Assembly: GCA_049517415.1 (NCBI GenBank)
Contig: JBEKSC010000011.1
Location: 15,151 to 79,150 of the forward strand
DNA length: 64,000 nt
From: Candidatus Bathyarchaeia archaeon
GTDB taxonomy: Archaea; Thermoproteota; Bathyarchaeia; 40CM-2-53-6
Direction of reading: 5' to 3'
The position numbers and the translations under genes are program-made. The first letter of the stretch is position 1. Every line of letters begins with the position of its first letter. The notes under the pieces were generated by a model, which saw nothing but the letters and a program-made list of their open reading frames with translations, was not told the DNA's origin and did not search any database. Below, piece after piece: positions 1-8,862 of the stretch.

Positions 1-2
1 TC

Positions 3-689
3 GGACACGATCCATACGCGGATATGGCGTTGTTGAAGGTCGAGCGAACCGGCCTGAAACCGGTTGAAGTTGGGGACTCGGAGACGGTCGAAGTCGGCCA
101 GCTTGTCTTTGCTTTCGCCAACCCTTTCGGTGGAAGCTCAAGCACCACATCGGGAATCGTCACTACGGCTAAGGCCTCACTGGGCTGGGGACCAAGTTCT
201 GCCGAGGACGTGATTGTTACAGATGCACCCCTGAATCCAGGCTACTCAGGCGGCCCTCTCGTCAGCGCGTCGGGCAAGATGATCGGACTCAATGTGGCCT
301 ACGCAAACTCACGCGGCATCTCAATTCCAATCAACTCGGTCAAGGGTACTATTGACGCTCTCATCAATGAAGGAAGGATAAGGATCGCACACCTCGGAAT
401 CAGCACCGACCCGGTAAGCCTTCCTAAACGCCTAGCCGCTGAAGCGAACATAGACCAAGAGCAGGGCCTGATGATATTCGAAGTTGAAATCGACAGTCCC
501 GCTAAGAAAGCGGGCCTAGTAGTCGGAGATATTTTGATAACATTCGGCAAATCACCAATCGCTCGCCACAACGACCTCTACCGCCTACTGACAAAAGACA
601 TCATTGGGAAACCAATCGAGATTGAAATTCTAAGAGCAGAGAGACTAGTCAAGCTGAGCGTTACTCCCACTGAAGACGAAACTCAATAA
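3..689 (+). CDS. HtrA/DegP-like trypsin serine protease with C-terminal PDZ (5'-truncated by window)
   Basis: Frame open from window start (GHDPYADMALLKV); TDAPLNPGYSGGPL catalytic-Ser motif; SPAKKAGLVVGDIL PDZ motif. Confidence 0.9.
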   Translation, partial: GHDPYADMALLKVERTGLKPVEVGDSETVEVGQLVFAFANPFGGSSSTTSGIVTTAKASLGWGPSSAEDVIVTDAPLNPGYSGGPLVSASGKMIGLNVAYANSRGISIPINSVKGTIDALINEGRIRIAHLGISTDPVSLPKRLAAEANIDQEQGLMIFEVEIDSPAKKAGLVVGDILITFGKSPIARHNDLYRLLTKDIIGKPIEIEILRAERLVKLSVTPTEDETQ

Positions 690-789
690 GACATTCGAGA
701 AGACAATCCGGATCCGTCACGGAGGTTGTCTGCTGCACCCCAAGAGGAAAATTAGGGGATCTGTCTAGTGCAGCCAGAACCCACGATAT

Positions 790-819
790 TCGAGGGTTCG
801 AATCCCTCCGGGCCCACCA
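790..819 (+). tRNA. tRNA 3' fragment (T-arm + acceptor strand + CCA), Ile/Val-like; not a complete tRNA
   Basis: GAGGG-TTCGAAT-CCCTC T-arm followed by CGGGCCC-A-CCA; no GGGCCCG 5' strand upstream. Confidence 0.7.
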
Positions 820-940
820 CACGCTGAACCGTAGAACTTTCTTTGTTCTTTCGTTACTGAACTTTAACTGCCTTGTAGGGGTAAGGGAAAAATTTCTGCT
901 CATGCTTTCTTTGAAACGTGCTTTTGACGTTAAGCATTCA

Positions 941-1762
941 TCAGGAGTGAAATAGTGCTGCGCCATAGAGGCAAAGAAAACCAATGAATGTTGCGAGCAT
1001 TGTCCACCCCCATTGAGAATAGCTTAGCCCTCGGTCCTCCGAATGTCGAAATATTGGAAACACAACTAGCAAGGCTACTGAAAGTGCTGCTCCGACGCCT
1101 AGCGCGTAGAAATAGGCTGAGTCTATTTGGATAAAGTAGCCTATCACCTCCCCTAGAGCGGAAGGCACTCCGAATGCCAAACCAAGAACCGCGATCTTTG
1201 ACATTTTATTCCTGAAAGACTCGTTTTCGCCGATTGATATGCCAAGGTAGACAATGGCAACGATTGTTGCCTCAAGAAACTTATGAATGACGTACGCCAC
1301 GCCACCGCTTACCCCGCCAATCGCATCTAAGACTGTTACAGCCTGTGTTTGAGCAGATAGCCCGCCGAATTCTATTCCTTCTCCAATGCCGTGAAAACCC
1401 ATCCCGATTGCAACAATAATGCCAGTAATGTAGAGTTGCAAGATGCCCCCTCCCGTTTTTCTTGAAATGAAATACGTTGACAGGAGTGCTATCACGAGGA
1501 AGCCGAATACAAAAACGGCCACTAATCCACTGTGAGTACCAGAAGTCGTAAAGTCATAACCTTCGTTTACACCTAACTGTACCGCGTCGTTCATCGTGTC
1601 GAAGAAGAACCAGAACACCAGGCCTAACGCGAATGCTGAAAGATAACGAACATCAAGCTTAAATTTCATCTGCAAATAGGTGATGAATATCATCCCAAGA
1701 TAGAGGGGCATGAACGTAGCTAAAACGAATTCGATTAGCGAAACAGAAAACTCTATCATCAC
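941..1762 (-). CDS. ZIP-family-like divalent metal transporter
   Basis: ~8 TM segments; GMGFHGIGEGIEFG and IHKFLE motifs resemble ZIP TM4/TM5. Confidence 0.65.
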   Translation of the reverse strand: MMIEFSVSLIEFVLATFMPLYLGMIFITYLQMKFKLDVRYLSAFALGLVFWFFFDTMNDAVQLGVNEGYDFTTSGTHSGLVAVFVFGFLVIALLSTYFISRKTGGGILQLYITGIIVAIGMGFHGIGEGIEFGGLSAQTQAVTVLDAIGGVSGGVAYVIHKFLEATIVAIVYLGISIGENESFRNKMSKIAVLGLAFGVPSALGEVIGYFIQIDSAYFYALGVGAALSVALLVVFPIFRHSEDRGLSYSQWGWTMLATFIGFLCLYGAALFHS

Positions 1763-1950
1763 AAAACCACTGCCGACTGGTCGTTGACCTCTTTCTTTTT
1801 TAATATTCTGCTATTCGGGCCCACCATATCGTCGGGTTCGATAACCATTTCTGACGGCACGTATTGTTTAATGCTATTTTTATCAAAGGTTTCTGGGTAA
1901 TGGAGCCATATCGAATGTAGGTCTAGGCGCCTACAAACTGTCTTGGTTAG

Positions 1951-3177
1951 TTATCTTGACATTGCTCTGTTGAAGATTGGTACAGCGATTGCCATCGTGA
2001 CCACTGAGTATGCTAGGAGCACTAGCAGGTCTGGCGTGATGATGTTCAAGCTCGCATTCAGTATGACTACTTTTCTGAGGGCGTCCGCGGCGTAGTAGAG
2101 AGGGAAGGCTTTGCCGATATATTGGACGGGTACGGGTAGTTGGTCGATTGGGAAAAGTATTCCGCTGAGAAACATCATTGGGAATTGAAGTAGTGTGGTC
2201 ATCATCTGTGCTGTTTCCTGTTCAGGAGCGAGAGAGGTCACGATTATGCCGACGCCTATGAAGCTGGCAACGCCAAGCACCATGACAAGAAGCATGGTGA
2301 TAGGACTGCCGTAAATCACTACTCCGAACAATAGCATCGATAATCCAAGTATTAGGAACCCTTGAATCAATCCGCGTACTGTTTGCGCTACGATTTTTCC
2401 TAAGATAACGGATTGTCTCGGGATGGGTGCGACGAGTAATCCGTCCATTGTTCCTTGTTCTTTTTCTCTAGAGATGGCGGTGCTGACTCCGTTTAATGCT
2501 CCTGTGATGACGGTTAACGCCATGAATGATGGAGCTAGATATTCGAAGGACGTTGGGACACCTTGGATTAATGGAATGTTTGTTATCGTGATTGGTTGAA
2601 GAACGAATGTTGCATCAACTTTCATGTCTAAGTTTTGCTGAAGATATTGTGTTGATATTTGGCTTTCAATCGCCCCGAAAATTTCTGCGATTTCAGCTTG
2701 AACGGCGGCCGCTACTGATGGGTTTGTTTGATCGACTGTTACTTGTATTGTGGCCTGCGCGTCAGCCTGAATTGCAGCGCTGAATCCTTGGGGTATGACC
2801 ACTATTCCTGACAGTTGGCCCTTCACAATTCCATTTCTAGCTGTTGAGTAATCCGTTATTTCATTCACTGTGAATATCCCTTGAGATTCGGCGATTTGAA
2901 TGAATTGAGCCTCAACATTACGCGCTATCTGTCCGTTATCTTGCTGAACTATTGCTAACCCCAAGTTCGGGTATTGTGACGGTATTTGTCCGCTGTATGG
3001 ATTTACTTGAACTGTAGGTGGGTAAATGAAACCAAACATTGTCATGAAAAGCAGGGGCATTATTATGAAGAAGACGAGAAGCATCTTTGCTCGCCATAAA
3101 TCGAGGAGGTCGCGTTTGGCGATTTCAGTAGTAACTTTCCATACGCTCACCTGCCTTGCTTTAGTTTGCACGTTCAC
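1951..3177 (-). CDS. ABC-2 type exporter permease
   Basis: N-terminal TM, extracellular loop, REKEQGTMDGLLVAP motif, 5 C-terminal TMs. Confidence 0.92.
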   Translation of the reverse strand: MNVQTKARQVSVWKVTTEIAKRDLLDLWRAKMLLVFFIIMPLLFMTMFGFIYPPTVQVNPYSGQIPSQYPNLGLAIVQQDNGQIARNVEAQFIQIAESQGIFTVNEITDYSTARNGIVKGQLSGIVVIPQGFSAAIQADAQATIQVTVDQTNPSVAAAVQAEIAEIFGAIESQISTQYLQQNLDMKVDATFVLQPITITNIPLIQGVPTSFEYLAPSFMALTVITGALNGVSTAISREKEQGTMDGLLVAPIPRQSVILGKIVAQTVRGLIQGFLILGLSMLLFGVVIYGSPITMLLVMVLGVASFIGVGIIVTSLAPEQETAQMMTTLLQFPMMFLSGILFPIDQLPVPVQYIGKAFPLYYAADALRKVVILNASLNIITPDLLVLLAYSVVTMAIAVPIFNRAMSR

Positions 3178-3986
3178 ATTCTCCCTACAGCTTTCATGCT
3201 AACGCGGTCTGAAGCTGCATCGCGTAGCTCTCGGCCTGTAACCGTCAGGAAAACTTCAAGCATCGACTCTGTACCATACTTGTTCTTAAGTCCCGCAACA
3301 GTTCCCGTGTCCATGATTTTTCCATGGTCGATAATCGCAATTCTATCCGACAATTCGTCTGCTTCTTCCATTATGTGCGTTGTTAAGATTATTGTGTGTC
3401 CCCCCTTCTTCAGATCCAGTATTATGTCCCTGACGAACTTCGTGCTTTGTGGGTCAAGCGCCGTGGTTGGCTCATCTAGAAAGATGATTTCAGGATCGTG
3501 GATTAAGGCGCGGATCACATTCATTCTTTGCCTCATCCCGCTTGAGAAGCCGCCTACGCTCCGATCTTTGAAGGGCGTCAGCTTCATCATATCTAATAAT
3601 TCCTCGATCTTCAGCTTCAATTCTGCCTTGTCTATTCCGTAGAGTTTGCCGAAGAAAATTAGGTTCTGTTCAGCCGTCAACCGTGTGTACATTATTAGTT
3701 TCTCTGAGACTAATCCGATTCGTTTCCGAACTTCATTTGCGTCACTGTCAATGTTGAATCCTGCAACTGTCGCGGTGCCCGAGCTTGGCTTAAGTAATGT
3801 GCAAAGCATACGGATGGTAGTACTTTTTCCTGCGCCATTCGGTCCAAGAAACCCGTAGATTTCTCCCTTCTGGACGGCAAGGTCAATGTGGTCAACGGCT
3901 GTGAAGCTACCAAATTTCTTCGTCAGACCGTGAGTCTCAATCGCGTACTCGGATAGCGGAGCCAACTCGGTTCTCTGGAGAGTCAT
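3174..3986 (-). CDS. ABC exporter ATP-binding protein (DrrA-like)
   Basis: GPNGAGKST Walker A, FSSGMRQR signature, IFLDEPT Walker B; 4-nt overlap with permease. Confidence 0.95.
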   Translation of the reverse strand: MTLQRTELAPLSEYAIETHGLTKKFGSFTAVDHIDLAVQKGEIYGFLGPNGAGKSTTIRMLCTLLKPSSGTATVAGFNIDSDANEVRKRIGLVSEKLIMYTRLTAEQNLIFFGKLYGIDKAELKLKIEELLDMMKLTPFKDRSVGGFSSGMRQRMNVIRALIHDPEIIFLDEPTTALDPQSTKFVRDIILDLKKGGHTIILTTHIMEEADELSDRIAIIDHGKIMDTGTVAGLKNKYGTESMLEVFLTVTGRELRDAASDRVSMKAVGRM

Positions 3987-4074
3987 TATTGTGCCTCAGT
4001 CAATTCTTGTTGTGTCTCCGAGTACATTACGTTTAGCAGAGCCATCACGTCATCCTTTATGCGTTCGCTTCTAT

Positions 4075-4146
4075 ACATCGATACGATACTATCTTATCGA
4101 TGGTGGGTAATATTAAAATACGCCGGCTGATGTATCGATACGATAC
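4075..4146. promoter_or_regulatory. Putative PadR operator boxes in divergent promoter
   Basis: Perfect palindrome GTATCG-ATA-CGATAC (4132-4146), near copy ACATCG-ATA-CGATAC (4075-4089), degenerate inverted copy 4089-4103. Confidence 0.65.
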
Positions 4147-4148
4147 GG

Positions 4149-4559
4149 ATGCGGAGATGGCTCATGGCGAAGGGATTCCAGGCTGGCCCATACGAGGTAA
4201 TGTTCTTTCTGGCTTTAAAGGACGGACCGGCGTATGGGTATGAGTTGGCTATGCGGTTCAAGAAGATGACTAGAGGGCACATTAAGTTCAGTTTTGGTAC
4301 GATCTATCCTTTCCTTCGGCGGATGGAGCGCAGAGGGCTTATCAAATCGACTCGAGATGAGGGGTCGAGTAGAGTTTACTATGCACTTACGCGCAAGGGT
4401 CGAACGGCTCAAAGAAAGATTTTGATTCGGATCAAGGAGTCGCAGAAAGAATGGGAAGAGAAATTGCTTGGGATTCTGGCGATGCATGCGGAAGTGTTTG
4501 GTCGGAGAGCGCTTCGTGATCTGTTGGTACGTGGAAGGATTTTGGCGAAGGCGTCGTGA
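4149..4559 (+). CDS. PadR family transcriptional regulator
   Basis: GPAYGYEL, GTIYPFLRRMERRGLI, YYALTRKG motifs; divergent from ABC operon. Confidence 0.92.
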   Translation: MRRWLMAKGFQAGPYEVMFFLALKDGPAYGYELAMRFKKMTRGHIKFSFGTIYPFLRRMERRGLIKSTRDEGSSRVYYALTRKGRTAQRKILIRIKESQKEWEEKLLGILAMHAEVFGRRALRDLLVRGRILAKAS

Positions 4560-4597
4560 GGAGCTTTGATTGATTCAAGCGCCATATTATCCACTGC

Positions 4598-4795
4598 TTG
4601 GTGGGTGAAAGTATGAAAAGACGAACGTTCTCAATCGTTGGTGCAATAATCGCGCTGTTTGGCTTGGTATGGTCACTACAGGGAGCGGGCGTGCTTCCTG
4701 ACAGTGTGATGAGTGGTTCGCAATTCTGGGAAATAGCGGGCGCACTAACTTTCATTGTAGGTATCGCAATCGTTGCTTATTGCCTGAAAACTTGA
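4598..4795 (+). CDS. Small two-TM membrane protein
   Basis: Two hydrophobic helices around WSLQGAGVLPDSVMSG. Confidence 0.7.
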   Translation: MVGESMKRRTFSIVGAIIALFGLVWSLQGAGVLPDSVMSGSQFWEIAGALTFIVGIAIVAYCLKT

Positions 4796-4807
4796 GAGAG
4801 AAGTCCC

Positions 4808-5233
4808 TTGACAATACATGAATCGGACTCATCGGGTTGGCTAGAAGTCGCCAATGTTGACGAAATTCCCCTAGGCACAATGAAACATGTTGAAGTTAAC
4901 GACAGGGAAATTGCCATCGCGAATGTTAACGGAAAGTTCTACGCGATCGATGATAGATGCGGCCACGCGAGTGCCCGCCTCTCGAGTGGCGGACTCAGAG
5001 GAAACATTGTCACGTGTCCATTGCATGGTGCGCAGTTTGACGTCACCAGTGGAAAGAAACAGTCAGAAGCAAGGCTTGGCGGGAGCATCCCAGACATGGA
5101 CAAACTTCCTCAATCCTTTCTAAAACGGATCGAACATTCAGCGAAGATTGTGGGAGAGATTAAGACCTACGATCAGCGAAGCTACGAAGTTTCAATCGAC
5201 GGAAAAAGTATCAAACTTAAGGTGAAGAGCTGA
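4808..5233 (+). CDS. Rieske [2Fe-2S] ferredoxin
   Basis: C-G-H ... C-P-L-H Rieske ligands, FDV motif. Confidence 0.9.
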   Translation: MTIHESDSSGWLEVANVDEIPLGTMKHVEVNDREIAIANVNGKFYAIDDRCGHASARLSSGGLRGNIVTCPLHGAQFDVTSGKKQSEARLGGSIPDMDKLPQSFLKRIEHSAKIVGEIKTYDQRSYEVSIDGKSIKLKVKS

Positions 5234-5355
5234 AAGTCCCGAGGTTGGCGTTTCAATCCCCTGACTCTCGTTACTCCCTATGCCGATTCTAACTGCCCCT
5301 TCAACAAGATTCATGTTCATTAGGTGGCGGGAGTAGAATTTGCGTGCTGACCAAG

Positions 5356-7116
5356 TCAAGTCATACTGATGAGTTGTTTGGGAGTAAGAAGCCACAGCAG
5401 CGTCGCACACTTTCCAAGTTGCAGCTTCTCTACTTGAAGTTTACATAGCCCTCCTTTCTTCAGTAGTGGCCTCGCGCCTGCGCTACCCGAAGTCAATGTG
5501 GAGACTAAGGCACTTAATTGAGGATCATGTCCCACAAGTAACAGATTTCGACAAGATGAATACTTGTCCTGCAATGATCGGATCACTTCTTCCGGCAGAA
5601 CCTCCGGTTTCAGTGCAGCTGTTGTTTGAATCGATTCTCCCAGCCTATATTCGCGACCTACTACGAACGCGGTTTCCAGTGCTCGCCTGTACGGGCTTGT
5701 CAGGATAACATCAAACCTAACACCAAGACCGCGCATGCCCCGAGCGATTATACGCATCCTCTTCATGCCTTTCAAAGTTAACGGGCGGTCCGAATCTAAC
5801 GGGTAGCCTAGGTCTCCGCGGGCGACTGCGATCCCATGACGTAGAGCATAGAGTGTTTTCGAATCAGCAGTCTTAGAGATTGTTGAGTCGTGTAGGATGG
5901 GCTTCCAGATGTTCCCAAACTTAGGAATGGATCTTAGAAAGCGTTGAGCCACATCCGTTTTTCGGCGTTCAAGATCTAACCAGATTTCAATCACAGCTCG
6001 CCGAGCGCCATCTTGTTTCCATTTGAATTCAACCAAGCTCTTCATCAGAACCTCAATGTCCTGGATCTTACCCATCATTCGCGCGAGCGATTGAGCGGCT
6101 CTTAGCTGCTTGCGTTCTATTGGAACCAACGGTTGCAGCATTTCCAGCAGGTATCTGAACGGTTTGAACGCGATTCTTACGCTGTGAATCGTTGAATAAT
6201 CAGCGATAGTGGCATATTCGAGTTTTCCGTTGACATTGTCAAATGAACGATCCACTGCATCGTTGACGATCTTACTGGCGGCGGATACGGCTATTGTGGC
6301 TCGCCGAGCAGCAAGCCGAACTTGCGCCCTGTTGATCGCGTTCTCAATGAATTTCGTGTTCGAGGACATCTTCTTGGCAGCGCTGAGGTGGTCGCTTTCT
6401 CTTTCGCGCAACCTATCGTAGAATTGTTTGATTTCAGGTAATTGTTTCAGATAGCCGCGAATAGCAACCATTTCGACGTGAATATCTCTGAGATTGCTGA
6501 GCTCTGACAATTGCTCTTTGAGTGTAATGCGGGCTCTCCGGACAACATTATCCGGATTGAATCGTTCAACCAACTCAACACACGTCATGAGTCGCCTTAT
6601 ACTAACACGAAGATCGTGGACGTTCTTGACCGACGCCTTATGCCGAAACTCCTGAAGACGTTTCAAGTAACCAATCCATTCATGATCCAACGTCCCTGAG
6701 ATAAAATTCAACGCGTCGGGTACGCGTGCTCCTCGTCTCCGCGCTGGCAATCCACGATTACTAGGCATCCGTCCAGCCCGTTTAGCCGAGACTCGAAGAG
6801 ATGAGCGCAACTTCCCAGGAAAGTTTTGCCTAAGACGATCTGTCAGAATGGTTTTCTTTGAAGTCCGTTGCGGTGCAATCTTCCGCCTGTTTATCTCTTT
6901 CTTTCCTGCATTCTTCCTTAGGCTTCTTTTGGAACGTTGTGCTTTGAGCGAATATCGCTTACTTCTAATCGCCTTCGAGAGTCGTTTGGGCTTTCTCCTG
7001 GACCGGGTTGTCATCTGTTCTCTCGCCTTCTTCCTTGAGGCTTGCGCTGAGCGTGGCCTCAAAGATGACGTATGTGACGTAGTTGACCTTCTTTTTCTCC
7101 TTGGGACTTCACTCAA
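5356..7116 (-). CDS. Fusion: polybasic N-terminal extension + CHAD domain + SixA-type histidine phosphatase
   Basis: CHAD motifs HDLRVSIRRL, RDIHV, HSVRIAFKPFRY, GKIQD; SixA motifs LRHG, RPLT, SPYRRA, LVGHDP. Confidence 0.88.
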   Translation of the reverse strand: MSEVPRRKRRSTTSHTSSLRPRSAQASRKKAREQMTTRSRRKPKRLSKAIRSKRYSLKAQRSKRSLRKNAGKKEINRRKIAPQRTSKKTILTDRLRQNFPGKLRSSLRVSAKRAGRMPSNRGLPARRRGARVPDALNFISGTLDHEWIGYLKRLQEFRHKASVKNVHDLRVSIRRLMTCVELVERFNPDNVVRRARITLKEQLSELSNLRDIHVEMVAIRGYLKQLPEIKQFYDRLRERESDHLSAAKKMSSNTKFIENAINRAQVRLAARRATIAVSAASKIVNDAVDRSFDNVNGKLEYATIADYSTIHSVRIAFKPFRYLLEMLQPLVPIERKQLRAAQSLARMMGKIQDIEVLMKSLVEFKWKQDGARRAVIEIWLDLERRKTDVAQRFLRSIPKFGNIWKPILHDSTISKTADSKTLYALRHGIAVARGDLGYPLDSDRPLTLKGMKRMRIIARGMRGLGVRFDVILTSPYRRALETAFVVGREYRLGESIQTTAALKPEVLPEEVIRSLQDKYSSCRNLLLVGHDPQLSALVSTLTSGSAGARPLLKKGGLCKLQVEKLQLGKCATLLWLLTPKQLISMT

Positions 7117-7218
7117 CTCTCAACAGGCTCCCAAGTTAGCTACAGCTCTCCAACTCAAATCAGTTCCATGCAAGACGGATTTGCGTGCGCTTTCGGAATT
7201 TCCGATCTCGTAGGTTCA

Positions 7219-8736
7219 TCACCCTATCAGTAACTTCTTCTTGAATACCTTTTCGAATAGTCTGGAACGGTAACCCAAAGCCCATTTCTCAAGCAGCATG
7301 TCGCCCTGTCCTTTCAGACGCAAAATGATCTTCTTCTTACCCTTGACGAGCTTGAGCTCCTCTACTCTATTGGAATGTTCGCGGTCAAGCGCCTCCGCGA
7401 GTCTTAGGATGGCGGCCAACTTAGCCACTATTTGACGTCGCTTGGGTGAAAGGTCAGTGAATTCCTTGTGGCTGGGTCTGGGGAATGATCGGGTGTGGTA
7501 GCGAGCTACATTCGCAACCATCGTTTTCTCCACGTCATCGAGTCCTATTATTGGTGAAGCGTTGATCAAATAGAATGAGTGCTTGTGGTGGTCCATCGGA
7601 CCAATGAAGTAGCCGATATCATGTAACAACGCTGCAACTTCAAGGAGCGTCCTTTCGTCATAACCCAACTTATGGAGTTTCTTTGTAGCGTCAAACAGTT
7701 CAACCGCGAAACGGGCGACGGTCAATGCATGCTGCGCTTCGTAATCATACTTCCTTCCCAGCAATTTTGCGGAGATAATTACTTGGGTTCGGTGCAGTGG
7801 TCTTGCAGTGCTCTTCAGCCCTTCTGCCATATCGATTAGAAGTCCTTCTCTGACTCCGACGCGGGGGATTAGGATTTGCTGGACTCGTGCTTCTTTCGCG
7901 ACGTTTTGGAGAACGATAGTAGCTGGAATGATTACGTCTGCTCTGTCCGGTCGTAATCCGAAGTCTTTGATCCTGTCTTCATAAGACCGTGACTGTAGCT
8001 CTTTAAGAATTGAATCGAGCTCGTCCATGTTTACCGAAGTGTCATCTTTTCCATCGCACAATTGTACTCGTAAGTCGCCTAGGGATTCGACGTTGCCGCC
8101 CGTAGCGATGCATAAGTCTACTTTGCGTTCACCGATTTCCTTTCGAAGGCGCGTACCTGAAACGTTGATGTACTCACGAACCAGCTGCCGAAAGACTCTT
8201 TCACCCCGCTTCTTCTGTTCCAGCATCTGCAATAGTCTGACAGTGCCAATGCCGAAGCTTTCGGTGGCAATTATCTCGCGTCCAGTTGCCAGGGTTATTT
8301 CAACGCTACCGCCGCCAATATCCACGAGGAGCGCCACCTTGCCTTCCAAGTTTACGGCTTTAGAAGTAGCTAGGTAAAGCAAGCGTGCTTCTTCTTCTCC
8401 GCTAATCGGCTCGATGGCTATCTCTGTCGCTTTGGTAATCTGATTTATGCAATAATCTCGATTCCGTGCTTCCCGGATAGCGCTCGTGCCCACCGCTTTC
8501 ACTGACTTCACTTTGTGCTGGTTGATCAGTTTTCGAAATCTGAGGAACGCATCCATTGCTTCAACGAGTCGACTATCAGAAATCTCGCCTTTTGCGAACA
8601 CATCGGCGCCTAGCCGCACTGCCTCCCGGTTAGTCTGAACTATGTGCAACCTACCCTCATCATCGGCTGAGGCTATCGCTAGCCGCATCGCGTTCGAACC
8701 GACATCAATTGCGGCAAGTTTCGGCAAACTATGCAC
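7219..8736 (-). CDS. ppx: Exopolyphosphatase Ppx/GppA with C-terminal HD domain
   Basis: AIDVGSNAMR, GTSAIREA, DIGGGSVE, GVREG, LHDIG motifs. Confidence 0.93.
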   Translation of the reverse strand: MHSLPKLAAIDVGSNAMRLAIASADDEGRLHIVQTNREAVRLGADVFAKGEISDSRLVEAMDAFLRFRKLINQHKVKSVKAVGTSAIREARNRDYCINQITKATEIAIEPISGEEEARLLYLATSKAVNLEGKVALLVDIGGGSVEITLATGREIIATESFGIGTVRLLQMLEQKKRGERVFRQLVREYINVSGTRLRKEIGERKVDLCIATGGNVESLGDLRVQLCDGKDDTSVNMDELDSILKELQSRSYEDRIKDFGLRPDRADVIIPATIVLQNVAKEARVQQILIPRVGVREGLLIDMAEGLKSTARPLHRTQVIISAKLLGRKYDYEAQHALTVARFAVELFDATKKLHKLGYDERTLLEVAALLHDIGYFIGPMDHHKHSFYLINASPIIGLDDVEKTMVANVARYHTRSFPRPSHKEFTDLSPKRRQIVAKLAAILRLAEALDREHSNRVEELKLVKGKKKIILRLKGQGDMLLEKWALGYRSRLFEKVFKKKLLIG

Positions 8737-8862
8737 TTCTAGCTAAATGGAGTTACGTAGGCAAGCCTTAGTTCTCTGTGGCTTTTGCTTATCAATGGTG
8801 TGCAAGCGGAATCTTACATTGACTATCGAGCTGCGGGATTGCAAGAAGTGCAACTCGTTTTA

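Noticed and set aside
700..819. Complete tRNA gene
   Set aside because: No 5' acceptor strand, D-arm or anticodon arm could be found
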